Origin: a plasmid
Direction: 5' to 3' (one strand)
Length of the DNA stretch: 64,000 nt
Sequence record: NZ_CP040051.1
The position numbers and the translations under genes were made by a program. Positions 11,543-21,184 of the stretch are shown piece after piece; the stretch's first letter is position 1, and every line of letters begins with the position of its first letter. Under the pieces are notes generated by a model. It was not told the DNA's origin. It worked only from the letters and a program-made list of their open reading frames with translations, and made no database searches.

Positions 11543-11998
11543 TCAGGCATGTAATGCTCCTAGAGAATCGGGATCAACCTCTAGAGTATCTAAAGCTAGG
11601 TTTAGAACAGGTAAAGTTGTAACTGAGAGTACATAAGCTCCAATGTATAAATTTGGCTCATGGTACTGGTTTACTAAGCGATCAAAAACTTTACCTAAGA
11701 TCAAAACAAAATGCTGAAGCGAAGCTAAATCGTTTTGGTCCTTAATTTGTCCGGTTGCAGACAATAAAGTATGAAGATGCTTCTTAAGTCGAAATGCAGA
11801 GCTAATTTGAATAATATTTTTGGCGTTGTTGAGCTTTTTAAGATAGCTCATAATACTTGAGCTTTGATTAATGATAGGGAGTATTTCAGCTTTGATAAGC
11901 TCATAGCTCGCTTCAGTTAAGTGAATAACATGAGTCTCAAGTACAGCTTGGTTTTGTACAAAATTTACTGTAATTGCTTTCATAAGTGCCTTCCTCAT
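11543..11998 (-). CDS. hypothetical protein (151 aa)
   Basis: ORF only. Confidence 0.3.
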   Translation of the reverse strand: MRKALMKAITVNFVQNQAVLETHVIHLTEASYELIKAEILPIINQSSSIMSYLKKLNNAKNIIQISSAFRLKKHLHTLLSATGQIKDQNDLASLQHFVLILGKVFDRLVNQYHEPNLYIGAYVLSVTTLPVLNLALDTLEVDPDSLGALHA

Positions 11999-12208
11999 CA
12001 GTTCATCAAGAATCTGACTGTTTTGTTAATTATAAGACCTTAAGTCTGTGTTGTAGATAGATAACAACCTACAATCTCATTTTAGATGAAATCTTAGTTA
12101 AGTCAATATAAATTGTACAAAGTACAACTAATTAATATTTCATATTGTAATGCTAACTCTAAACAAATATAATGAATAGGCAAAAATTAAATATTTGGAG
12201 AGGGATAA

Positions 12209-12460
12209 ATGAATAAATATAATGTAAAAATTTTTGAAGGTAATAATAGAATTTTGCATAGAACTGTAAAAGCTGGTTCGATTGAAGCTGCATACTATTG
12301 TGAAAATATTATTAATAATCTTAAAAAAGAGGTAGGTGTTTCTGTATTAAATTTAACTTACAGTACTATTTATGAATTTCAAGGAAGTGCAGAATTATGG
12401 CTTTCAAATACTAAAACTGGTAGAAAAATGTTTAGGTTGGAAGCTATAATAGTTTCGTAA
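12209..12460 (+). CDS. hypothetical protein (83 aa)
   Basis: ORF in a very AT-rich region. Confidence 0.2.
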   Translation: MNKYNVKIFEGNNRILHRTVKAGSIEAAYYCENIINNLKKEVGVSVLNLTYSTIYEFQGSAELWLSNTKTGRKMFRLEAIIVS

Positions 12461-12482
12461 AATATAAAATAAGGTATCAATT

Positions 12483-12830
12483 ATGAACATTAATTTAAAG
12501 TTTATTATTTGGCATTATCTCATTCCGATTATTTTCCTAAGTATTTCTTTTTTTTATTGTTATTGTATTTTTTGGCTATATAGTGATGAGATTAATAATA
12601 GTATTCTAACCATTCTTGGTACTATTGTCTTTATAGAAGGAAAGGATCTAGATAGATTTATTTCTCCTCTCAATTGGTCTACGGTTGAAGGTGCTTACTC
12701 GTTAGTTCAATTTATGCTTGCTAATGTTACAGTTTTAGGCGTTAAATTTGTTTTTTGGGGATACCCTTTTTGTAAACTAGGAATTAATATTCTAGAGAAG
12801 CAGCAAATGCACGCTAAAACTGCTCACTAA
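12483..12830 (+). CDS. hypothetical membrane protein (115 aa)
   Basis: Hydrophobic N-terminal half. Confidence 0.2.
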   Translation: MNINLKFIIWHYLIPIIFLSISFFYCYCIFWLYSDEINNSILTILGTIVFIEGKDLDRFISPLNWSTVEGAYSLVQFMLANVTVLGVKFVFWGYPFCKLGINILEKQQMHAKTAH

Positions 12831-12844
12831 GAGCAGTTTTTTTA

Positions 12845-14701
12845 TTAAGTTCTCTCATAACTTAGAGATTTTTGATTTTCAAACTGGTTAACTTGTTTGT
12901 TTTCCATTTCGCTAATTGTTTCTTTACAAAGCTTGAGTAATGTTTTGCTCCACCGTGGTTCCGCTTCATCTGTTGCTTCAAATATATTATCTTTAATATT
13001 TGTGTAGATGTTTACTTTTTCGGCTCTACTAATGGGTAGATATCCAATGAACTCAATTGTGTTTTTAAGCATTTCTTCTGCTTTTTCCTTTTTAGAAGCA
13101 TCTATAATGGTGTTGTTGGAAGCATAAAAGATTGCTTGTAAAGTCATATTAACCCGATTTAGAGCTTCTTTTTCATTGTTATTTCTTATCTCAACTTTAT
13201 CGCTCATCAGGTTTAATGCTTGATCCAGATCGTGCCATCCATTTTTCTGACAAATTACTTTAAGCATCGGTAGGACTTGCTTTTGTTCATTGCTTGAAAC
13301 AGCTTGAACAATATCTTTGGCCATACTTAAATCGACATCCTTTTCCTTCTGATTCTCCATGAGGTGTATTAACCACGAAGTAAAGATTGCCGGATCTAGA
13401 GCTGCTGTCGTTTTCTGAATATTGATTTGAGGTTTATGAATGTTTGCGGATGCCATTGCTGGCATTTTAAAATTTGACATATTACGGCTTTGGTTGAATT
13501 CTGCGATATCGATAAGCTGTTGTTTAATGATCTCTCGGCAATGCTGTGTACCGTACTTCAGTTCAAGATCATTCCAATCAGAGAGCGTTAACTCATCCTT
13601 TTTGATAGGAGGTATTAGTACGTATCCGGATACAGCTTGAGTTGCTTCATATGCTTTTATTAACCCTCCATTTGTCTTGGTTTTGCCATTTAATTGTTCA
13701 TTTAAATCATTATCAGCGGCAATATATATGGTGGTATCTGGCCATTTGTTTCGTATTGCTATTGCTACTGAGATTAATGACTCTTTATCAAAAGCTGCGA
13801 TAGTATTAGGTTTTTCTTTACAGATCCTTGCAAAACTTTTTCCAGTGGCAAAACCTTCAGTGAGTGCAAATATTTTTTCATCTTGCGCTGGCAATCTGTG
13901 AATTGGGCAAAAAACTCCATCTTTCCGGCCATGAGTTAAATTCCCTTTAAAGAATTTTAGTTTACCGGTCTCTCTGTCTTGTAGTGCTGAGATAAGCTGG
14001 CAATTCTGGATTTTTAAATCAACGTCGTAATATGCGTTAATCAAGGTAGGTCTAATGTGATGATTTTGGAACCATGCGTGCTGAAAATATTTCGGCTTGA
14101 TATAGTCAATATTTAAACCTTTCGCTTCAGCTTTTTTTACTACTCGGCTAATAGCAATATGGAGTGATTTAGCAAACAATGGTTGCTTTTTAATAATGCG
14201 AACAAGGTCTAAGTTGTATCCTTCAGGAAATGCGGCTTTATTTTTAAGATAAGGGTGTTCATGTATGGACTGAACTGGCTGGGCTCTGTTGTATTCAATG
14301 CGCGACCATGTCTTAGCAATGCGTTGTAAGGTTCTCTGAAAGCGATGATTTCTACGCATTCGAATTTCGTATTGTTTCTTTTCCCTTTCCAATTTTCTGA
14401 GTTCTTGAAGTGATAGATTGGACTCTTTCTTTAACAATTTGGGATCTAGGTGCCATACCTCTTTATTGCCGGTATTATAATTGCCCCAAATTACACTAGG
14501 CACGTCAAAAGCGAAATTTAATCTGTACCACCCAGACTTTGAGTGCTTATTCTTTTGCGATCGCTTTAAGCATTTAACGTAATGGCGGGTGCCATCAACT
14601 TTTAGTTGATCCGCTGTGATGTCTAATTCAGCCGTTTCCCTTAAATAGTTGGCAAAAATTTGACGTGCATCATATTCGGAAATATTTAATCTCATTCCCA
14701 T
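12845..14701 (-). CDS. Toprim-domain DNA primase-like protein (618 aa)
   Basis: Toprim motifs ALTEGFATGKS (conserved Glu) and IYIAADNDLN (DxD). Long C-terminal extension of unknown function. Confidence 0.5.
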   Translation of the reverse strand: MGMRLNISEYDARQIFANYLRETAELDITADQLKVDGTRHYVKCLKRSQKNKHSKSGWYRLNFAFDVPSVIWGNYNTGNKEVWHLDPKLLKKESNLSLQELRKLEREKKQYEIRMRRNHRFQRTLQRIAKTWSRIEYNRAQPVQSIHEHPYLKNKAAFPEGYNLDLVRIIKKQPLFAKSLHIAISRVVKKAEAKGLNIDYIKPKYFQHAWFQNHHIRPTLINAYYDVDLKIQNCQLISALQDRETGKLKFFKGNLTHGRKDGVFCPIHRLPAQDEKIFALTEGFATGKSFARICKEKPNTIAAFDKESLISVAIAIRNKWPDTTIYIAADNDLNEQLNGKTKTNGGLIKAYEATQAVSGYVLIPPIKKDELTLSDWNDLELKYGTQHCREIIKQQLIDIAEFNQSRNMSNFKMPAMASANIHKPQINIQKTTAALDPAIFTSWLIHLMENQKEKDVDLSMAKDIVQAVSSNEQKQVLPMLKVICQKNGWHDLDQALNLMSDKVEIRNNNEKEALNRVNMTLQAIFYASNNTIIDASKKEKAEEMLKNTIEFIGYLPISRAEKVNIYTNIKDNIFEATDEAEPRWSKTLLKLCKETISEMENKQVNQFENQKSLSYERT

Positions 14702-14815
14702 ACCTCAATTGTTGTGTTCCTAGCATCAAGGTGTAGATGTCTAGGTGATTTATATAAAAAGGGTATTAGTTATGCGATTTTAACAGGAATATGAAATGTT
14801 TGCTTTTGTTTAATG

Positions 14816-15241
14816 TTAATTTCGATGATGTTTTGCGAGTGTCTTTTTTAAAAAGTGAAGAATAGAGAGGGCTTCAATGTGGGTAAGTTCCATTTCCATA
14901 AAATGATCTAAAAACTCACTTTTTATGTATGGCGGTATTTGACTTTCTTTTTCTAAATTAAAATAAAAGTTATATAAATAATGCTTTAGATCATCCCTAT
15001 AATTAATTTTATAGAGGTCATCAATATAATTTTGGCATATAAAAACTAGTGCATCGGCCATTTGGGGTGATAGTGACTCTGGAAGGTTGCTCTGAACAAT
15101 AGAAATATAATCACAAAGCATTTTATTGATATGCATAGACCAAGAAATTTGATCTTGGTCATTTTCTTTGCTTGTACGAGCCAAACTTTCTATGTAGTTC
15201 GAAACTTCTGATGAAATGGAAATCTTTCTTTTTTCGCCCAT
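14816..15241 (-). CDS. hypothetical protein (141 aa)
   Basis: ORF only. Confidence 0.3.
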   Translation of the reverse strand: MGEKRKISISSEVSNYIESLARTSKENDQDQISWSMHINKMLCDYISIVQSNLPESLSPQMADALVFICQNYIDDLYKINYRDDLKHYLYNFYFNLEKESQIPPYIKSEFLDHFMEMELTHIEALSILHFLKKTLAKHHRN

Positions 15242-15320
15242 GATTAAGCAAGCTTGATTAATTAAGATCTATAGTAATATTTTTTAGTAAATATAGCCAA
15301 AAAATCATTACTTACAAGCT

Positions 15321-15815
15321 TTAAAAAAGTGCAGTTTTGAGATTAAAGTCATTAATGATTAATTGAGGTTGTACAGTCTTAGGATCTGATTGAGTGCTGC
15401 TCCAATTCTGCTGATAAGATAGGTAAAAGAGCCCAACATTCTTCAACTCATGATCATACGATTTAGAGGAAGATGTAAAGAAGCTGTGCTTTTTTGCAAG
15501 AGATACGGTGTATAAATTAGAAAAATCCAAAATAAGTTTTTCGTTCTTTTGGGGTGAGATTTTACTATTCCCTCTTAAGTTTTTGTAATCAATATAGAGG
15601 TCAACACAATAGTCCTTGCTGGTTAGAGTTGTGTTGACTTCATTGTTGTTAGTCACAACTCCAATGTAGGGGCGGTCACATTTGTAAAAACCAGCATGTA
15701 CTGGAATGAAGAATATATCTCGTATAGCACAAATCCAAAAAGTCAAAACGACTAAGGTTATAAAGATTATTAAGCATATGATCTTTAAGATCTTAACTAA
15801 CAGGGCTGTATTCAT
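15321..15815 (-). CDS. hypothetical membrane-anchored protein (164 aa, N-terminal TM helix)
   Basis: N-terminal hydrophobic helix; ORF only. Confidence 0.3.
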   Translation of the reverse strand: MNTALLVKILKIICLIIFITLVVLTFWICAIRDIFFIPVHAGFYKCDRPYIGVVTNNNEVNTTLTSKDYCVDLYIDYKNLRGNSKISPQKNEKLILDFSNLYTVSLAKKHSFFTSSSKSYDHELKNVGLFYLSYQQNWSSTQSDPKTVQPQLIINDFNLKTALF

Positions 15816-16158
15816 ACGTTGACCTTTAGATATATTTTTCTATTAACAGTTCTTGAAAGTAATTTATAAATCCAGATAACCCTAAGATCTTATAAAGCAA
15901 AATCTGAAGAGAAATTAGAAGAATGTAACGAAAGAAAAAACCATGAAAAATGGATGGGCCATTAGGGAAAAACCTTTTGATTTTAAAAGGAAAGTAAATT
16001 AAAAATGCTTGAGCTATCAAAGCCAATATTCCGTAAAGTAGAAACATGGAAAAGCCTAATCAAAATATTTTAAAAAAATTATAGTGCATAAATTTAAAAA
16101 TAACATTAAAATATTTTAAAAAATTGATACTGCAATTTTTTAAAAAAGGGCGTTCATT

Positions 16159-16890
16159 ATGCTGAAGAAAATTGGTAAGGCTTTTGTCTATTTGTATGTG
16201 ACGTTGCCATTGAAAGGTATAGCTGGAAATTTAGGTTATAAACACCTGAAAAATGACTATGAATTCAATAAACAACAGTATAAAAGTCTAAAGAAAATAC
16301 ATTGTCCTGCATGCTTCAAAAGCATTGTTCAAACATCGCAAATCAAGCTAACTGATAATGAAATTGTTGAGCACAAAGCACCAGCAAAAGCGGTTAAAGT
16401 CACGTTAAAATGCGCTAATCCTGAATGTTCTTTTGAGAATTCATTCATTTCGGGACCTAGTAAAAAAGAAATTAGTGAAAAGACTAATAATGCAATTTTG
16501 GCAGTTGGCCGCGAAAGTGCTAAACGGATCTTTGAAGTAATTCCGGTTGGTCAAGTCAATAATTCAATTAAAGAACATTATGAAATGGCGATTATGTTAA
16601 GAAATATAAGTATTTTTTGCGTAATCGGTTGTTTTGCATTTACTTTTTATCAGATTTTTTTCAAGGATAACTCATTATTTTTCACTGCCTTATCTGCCTT
16701 CTCGTGGCTGGTTATAGGGTTAGGTATATTTCTTAATGCCCTTAAGTATTCACATAAGTCATGGCAAGCACAGACTTTAAAGGTTTTTGAACAGCAGTCT
16801 CAGTTTTATTTTTGGTTTAAAAATCATGCATGGTTTTCAAAACCTAAATACTGGCGTATCAGTGGAGAAGGGAAAAATGCTACAAAGTAA
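16159..16890 (+). CDS. hypothetical zinc-ribbon/membrane protein (243 aa)
   Basis: CPAC...CANPEC zinc-ribbon-like motif followed by two hydrophobic helices. Confidence 0.3.
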   Translation: MLKKIGKAFVYLYVTLPLKGIAGNLGYKHLKNDYEFNKQQYKSLKKIHCPACFKSIVQTSQIKLTDNEIVEHKAPAKAVKVTLKCANPECSFENSFISGPSKKEISEKTNNAILAVGRESAKRIFEVIPVGQVNNSIKEHYEMAIMLRNISIFCVIGCFAFTFYQIFFKDNSLFFTALSAFSWLVIGLGIFLNALKYSHKSWQAQTLKVFEQQSQFYFWFKNHAWFSKPKYWRISGEGKNATK

Positions 16891-17704
16891 AAGACTTTTC
16901 TACTTTCTTGGTTGTATGGTGTGTGTGTCTGGCATAACGAATGCTAAAGTTCCACAAATGAGCTCCCAGCAACTTGGTTTATATGCTAATCAGCTTAATG
17001 GTTCTCCTAGAGCCAATTTTGTTAATAGCGGTACTACTAGTAATCATTCAATTAATCCGAAAACTGCAAACACTTCTGTAGTTTTACCACAAAGAAGAAC
17101 TGGTAATTATACAACTATAAGTTATACCAATTCTCCAGCTCCAGAAGCTAAGCAGCTCGAAATTGTACAACAAAGCCAAACATCGAATACAAATTGGGTT
17201 CAAGAATACGCATTTAGAGGTAATGTCGCTGCGCCTGAAGTACTAAATAATTACAGTTATCAAAAACCAAAAGTTAATATCAATTACGTTCGTGGACGTG
17301 AAGCTAACTTAACATGTGTAATCGCTGCGGCTCGATCAGAAGGTGTGCCTCTTTATGTGCTATTGGGAATTCAAAGTAAAGAAAGAGGTAGAAATGGTGA
17401 AGTTAACGCGACAAATGATATGGGTCATTTCCAAGTAAATAAACAGCATTTTAGAAATGGAGGAATGTTTAACCCGCAAGACATGGAGAGAGCTCGTACA
17501 GATGGGTGTTATAACGCTGTATTGGCCGCTAAAATATTACGTGATCGGCTGAGTACTAAAGTTGCATCTGTAGATTTCTGGACTCGCGCCGCAGCTTATC
17601 ATTCATGGACTCCTTCCGTGAACGCAAGATATCGACCAGATCTAATAAGATATTCTATGCAATGGAAACAGTGGTTGACACAAAATGGAATTAATCCGAA
17701 CTGA
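16877..17704 (+). CDS. secreted lytic transglycosylase-like protein (VirB1/TrbN-like)
   Basis: Signal peptide MLQSKRLFYFLGCMVCVSGITNA. SLT-like region QSKERGRNGEVNATNDMGHFQVNKQH. GAAGGG RBS; start overlaps the preceding ORF. Confidence 0.4.
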   Translation: MLQSKRLFYFLGCMVCVSGITNAKVPQMSSQQLGLYANQLNGSPRANFVNSGTTSNHSINPKTANTSVVLPQRRTGNYTTISYTNSPAPEAKQLEIVQQSQTSNTNWVQEYAFRGNVAAPEVLNNYSYQKPKVNINYVRGREANLTCVIAAARSEGVPLYVLLGIQSKERGRNGEVNATNDMGHFQVNKQHFRNGGMFNPQDMERARTDGCYNAVLAAKILRDRLSTKVASVDFWTRAAAYHSWTPSVNARYRPDLIRYSMQWKQWLTQNGINPN

Positions 17705-18014
17705 AGGTTATGAAGATAAAATGGTTCAAAAGCATATTTCTCAAAATTACATCTTTAAGAAACTTGTTCACTTAACAAACCTAAATGATGATATTGAAAC
17801 TTTGATAACACTGTTTAAAGAGAAAGATATCGTGGTTGATTCAGCTTTGATTGAATCGTGGTTAAGCGAAGAAGGTCAATCTAACTTTAAAGAAATTTCA
17901 GAAAATAATTTATTTTCCTTTTTTGAGATTCTTTTTAGCGTTAAAAAGGAAGCTCTATCTAAAGATATAAATTTATTTGATTTAAGTTATATTTTTGAAG
18001 ATATCAGAAACTAA
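17685..18014 (+). CDS. hypothetical protein (109 aa)
   Basis: ORF, overlaps neighbours in an operon-like arrangement. Confidence 0.25.
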   Translation: MELIRTEGYEDKMVQKHISQNYIFKKLVHLTNLNDDIETLITLFKEKDIVVDSALIESWLSEEGQSNFKEISENNLFSFFEILFSVKKEALSKDINLFDLSYIFEDIRN

Positions 18015-18273
18015 TAGATGCGCTTTGACAATCACGAGGCAGAGTTTAAAAGTAAAAATGAGTGACTATATGTTTAAAAAATTGATTAGATTCTTTATAG
18101 GAAAAAAGACTATTGTACCAAAGGCTATTTTTGATCCTATGGACTTCTCCCATGCTATCAGCTTGCAAATTACAATAAAGAAAGATGGCTCGAAATTGTA
18201 TCAACCATTTGGTATTTCAAGTAAAAAGGGCACACCTATTACAACAATAGTTTATGAAAATGATATTGTTTAA
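17995..18273 (+). CDS. hypothetical protein (92 aa)
   Basis: ORF only. Confidence 0.25.
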   Translation: MKISETNRCALTITRQSLKVKMSDYMFKKLIRFFIGKKTIVPKAIFDPMDFSHAISLQITIKKDGSKLYQPFGISSKKGTPITTIVYENDIV

Positions 18274-18313
18274 TATTTGAAATACTTAATTTCATACTGT
18301 TTGGGCATCTTAT

Positions 18314-18649
18314 ATGAGTAAAAAATTGAAATTTAATTTCAAAAATATTATTAACTTAAAACCTTTTGATGAAAATGAAGATAATAGTCGGGATGATTTT
18401 ACGGGAAGTAAAACTAGATCTTTCTTTATTTATTTGGCCTTTTTTTGCAGTATAGCTGGAATTTCTGCGGTATTTATCTATCCTATGACTAAAGCACCAA
18501 TAATTTTAATATCATTAGGTTGTGCTTCTTCAGCTATTTTAAGTGGTATCGAGTGGCATTTAGGATATAAGTCAAAAGCATTGAATAAGTTATTTGAAGC
18601 AACAGTTCTTTTAGTGCTTTTGATTCTTGTAAGGTTATTTACTTGGTAA
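18314..18649 (+). CDS. hypothetical membrane protein (111 aa, 2-3 TM), possible T4SS pilin-like subunit
   Basis: Hydrophobic helices. Follows the lytic transglycosylase gene. Confidence 0.25.
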   Translation: MSKKLKFNFKNIINLKPFDENEDNSRDDFTGSKTRSFFIYLAFFCSIAGISAVFIYPMTKAPIILISLGCASSAILSGIEWHLGYKSKALNKLFEATVLLVLLILVRLFTW

Positions 18650-18651
18650 TA

Positions 18652-18677
18652 AAAAAGCCCTTTTTAAGGGCTTTTTA
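18652..18677. terminator. bidirectional rho-independent terminator
   Basis: AAAAAGCCCTTTTTAAGGGCTTTTT stem-loop with flanking T/A runs between convergent genes. Confidence 0.55.
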
Positions 18678-18680
18678 TCT

Positions 18681-19607
18681 TTATCTTAAGCGGCAATAAT
18701 CCTGAAGGTTATCTTTAAAATCTAGACATACATAATTTATAGATTTTTCAAACTGGTTAAAAAGAAACTTATTTAAATCAGAAATACATATTTCATCAAT
18801 TATGTCTAATAAAGCCGATTTAGACTCTTCATAAAGTTTACGACATTTCTCTAATGCAAACTCCGGATCTGAACAATCTAAGAAGTTTAGCGTGCCATCC
18901 AAGAAGGATAAAATTCTGTTTGATAAGAAGTTGTTGTAATAGTTTTCAATATTGCTTTGTGATTGTGCTAAGCACTCCAAAAAACGAACTATATTTTCAG
19001 TTTTTAAATGACCACTGAAGGTAGTTAAAAGATGATCATGTGCATCAACAATTCCATAACCTAAACTAATACGATTATTAATTGCATTTGTAGAATTGAA
19101 CACTATAGGATTGCCTTTTAGATCCAGTGCAATAAATTGCTCACCATCTTTAAACAGTTCCTTTTCTTCAACAGTTTTTTGTACGGCATTGGCAATCACT
19201 AACATTTTTGACAGTTGCTCGTTAATAAGATCTCTTGAAGATGCAGAAAGGTCTGTATGCGCCGGAGTGAAATTTTTTATACAGTGCTGAATTTCAATGC
19301 CAATTTGTTTCTCATTATAGTGATGTGAATTCTGTAGATTGAAGATGTTATACAACGAGATATTTAAGATTAAATTGTCATCATCAGGAATCGAAATCTC
19401 TTCTGGAGTAGCGACTAAAACGGTTGCTATACACTCACCATACATCTTTTGTAGATGTTGTTCGCAGAAGTGAAGAATAGAAGGGATGTGAGACTCAACC
19501 TGAGAAAACTTTTTTATGTTCAAGCAAGCAATGATTCGCGGCTTATGGTAACCAACTAAAGGATCTATTCCGAAATTGTTATTAAACAGCATAGAATTGC
19601 TCGGCAT
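18681..19607 (-). CDS. hypothetical protein (308 aa)
   Basis: ORF only. Confidence 0.35.
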   Translation of the reverse strand: MPSNSMLFNNNFGIDPLVGYHKPRIIACLNIKKFSQVESHIPSILHFCEQHLQKMYGECIATVLVATPEEISIPDDDNLILNISLYNIFNLQNSHHYNEKQIGIEIQHCIKNFTPAHTDLSASSRDLINEQLSKMLVIANAVQKTVEEKELFKDGEQFIALDLKGNPIVFNSTNAINNRISLGYGIVDAHDHLLTTFSGHLKTENIVRFLECLAQSQSNIENYYNNFLSNRILSFLDGTLNFLDCSDPEFALEKCRKLYEESKSALLDIIDEICISDLNKFLFNQFEKSINYVCLDFKDNLQDYCRLR

Positions 19608-19878
19608 ATATTCAGGCTAAGTTTGTTTCTTTAACTACCAAATGAGCAAACTTGTTGACTCACGAAGTAAATAAGTTCAAATCATAATGATTATAAACTA
19701 ACCAAAGTTTAAAATTTTGAAAAATGTTTCAAAATTGTATGTTTGTTAACAAATCGTACAGAACGATCCGCTTTTGTGTAATTTTACCGAAAAATAGAGG
19801 TTATGAGAACGAAATTTGTATCAAAATTAAAAATTAGATAAATTCAATTATCTGATTTTGTAAAGTAAATATAAGAAA

Positions 19879-19903
19879 GGCCAAATTTAGTATTGGCCTT
19901 TTT
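19879..19903. terminator. stem-loop terminator
   Basis: AAGGCCAAATTTAGTATTGGCCTTTTT directly downstream of the 19908-21011 gene end. Confidence 0.45.
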
Positions 19904-19907
19904 CCTT

Positions 19908-21011
19908 TTATTTTAATGAATTAGAGGCATTGAGCTCATCAAAGAAATTATTAATTTGTTCGTCGATTTCGACCGGTGAGTTCATGCGTGGGGGCATAAA
20001 TTTAAGGCGAATTTCATAATCTTGAATATAAGCTGTCCAGTGAACACCTGTTATTCTATATTCAGTTTTGGATTCATATTTTTGCTGACGTGCTACGAAA
20101 GCTCGATAATCTACTCCGTATTTGACGCCAATTCGCCACATTTTATGATTAGCTGGTGCATTTACTCTATATTCACCTTTCTGCCAATAAGCGGCCTCTA
20201 GATCCTTAAATGAGGGTTTTTTAGTTACATTCTGTCGAGTAGAGTTCTTAGTAAAATTATCAATAGCTATTTCATCTGTACATATTGAAGAAATTAGCGA
20301 AATTACTGGAGCAATATGTTCATTGAGTTCTTCTGGACTTTCCAGATTAATACCCCATTTGAACTTGATTTGTTGACTCACCTTGCCAGAACGTTTTATG
20401 TCAAAAACGATAGTAGGGAGAGGCTTGAGCAGAGCAAAATTATTTTCTTCAAATGGGTTATGAGTGTCTAATGTAATAATGAGTTGGTCAGGTAGAGTAT
20501 TCTTTAAAGTATCTATGCTGTTCGAAGATAGATCGAGGATTGCATACACACCATAAACCTTATGATCTGCAATATTTAAAGGTGTTGCTAGATCAATGTA
20601 GATACAACCTTCTGGTAAATTAGTCAAAAGTTGATGATCAAGATATTTTCCTGCTGAATGTTTAATCAAACATTCAAACGTGTATTCATCAAAACGATAA
20701 ATACTTTTAGTGTATCTCCATGTAAATGCTGCAACAAAATTTGCGAAATATGCATCGATTACAAATGGATCTTTAGTTTTATTTATTTGCACTTGTTCAT
20801 ATAGTTTGGCCATGATGGTTGGTCTTAAGACTTCTTGCCATAAGTTTGTTGGTAAAAATACACATGGATGCCACTTATATTCTGTTATTGGTGCATTCAG
20901 GCGGCCTTTATTTATTGATTTTGTGTCTGCAACTGTTTGATAAAACGTTCGTTTAACATGCTCAAATATATGTTCAATTGTTGCTAAATAATCGAGTGGT
21001 TTAACATTCAT
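19908..21011 (-). CDS. hypothetical protein (367 aa)
   Basis: ORF only; no motif recognised. Confidence 0.35.
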   Translation of the reverse strand: MNVKPLDYLATIEHIFEHVKRTFYQTVADTKSINKGRLNAPITEYKWHPCVFLPTNLWQEVLRPTIMAKLYEQVQINKTKDPFVIDAYFANFVAAFTWRYTKSIYRFDEYTFECLIKHSAGKYLDHQLLTNLPEGCIYIDLATPLNIADHKVYGVYAILDLSSNSIDTLKNTLPDQLIITLDTHNPFEENNFALLKPLPTIVFDIKRSGKVSQQIKFKWGINLESPEELNEHIAPVISLISSICTDEIAIDNFTKNSTRQNVTKKPSFKDLEAAYWQKGEYRVNAPANHKMWRIGVKYGVDYRAFVARQQKYESKTEYRITGVHWTAYIQDYEIRLKFMPPRMNSPVEIDEQINNFFDELNASNSLK

Positions 21012-21184
21012 AATTTATTCAGGCCCTTCATGTCCTTAGACATATTAAGTTTGTCTCGATTCTATCATTTAAAAATTGACACTTTAAAAAAATAAATTGA
21101 AAAAATACATAGGTAACTTATCATCTATACTTGAATACACAAGTTCAGATCGCTGGCGACTGAATGATAAGAAGGAATGTAGAA

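Noticed and set aside
12000-12210. Possible CRISPR or tandem repeats in the AT-rich intergenic stretches (12000-12210, 16050-16160, 19610-19900)
   Set aside because: There are only low-complexity A/T runs and short imperfect repeats. No regularly spaced direct repeats with unique spacers.
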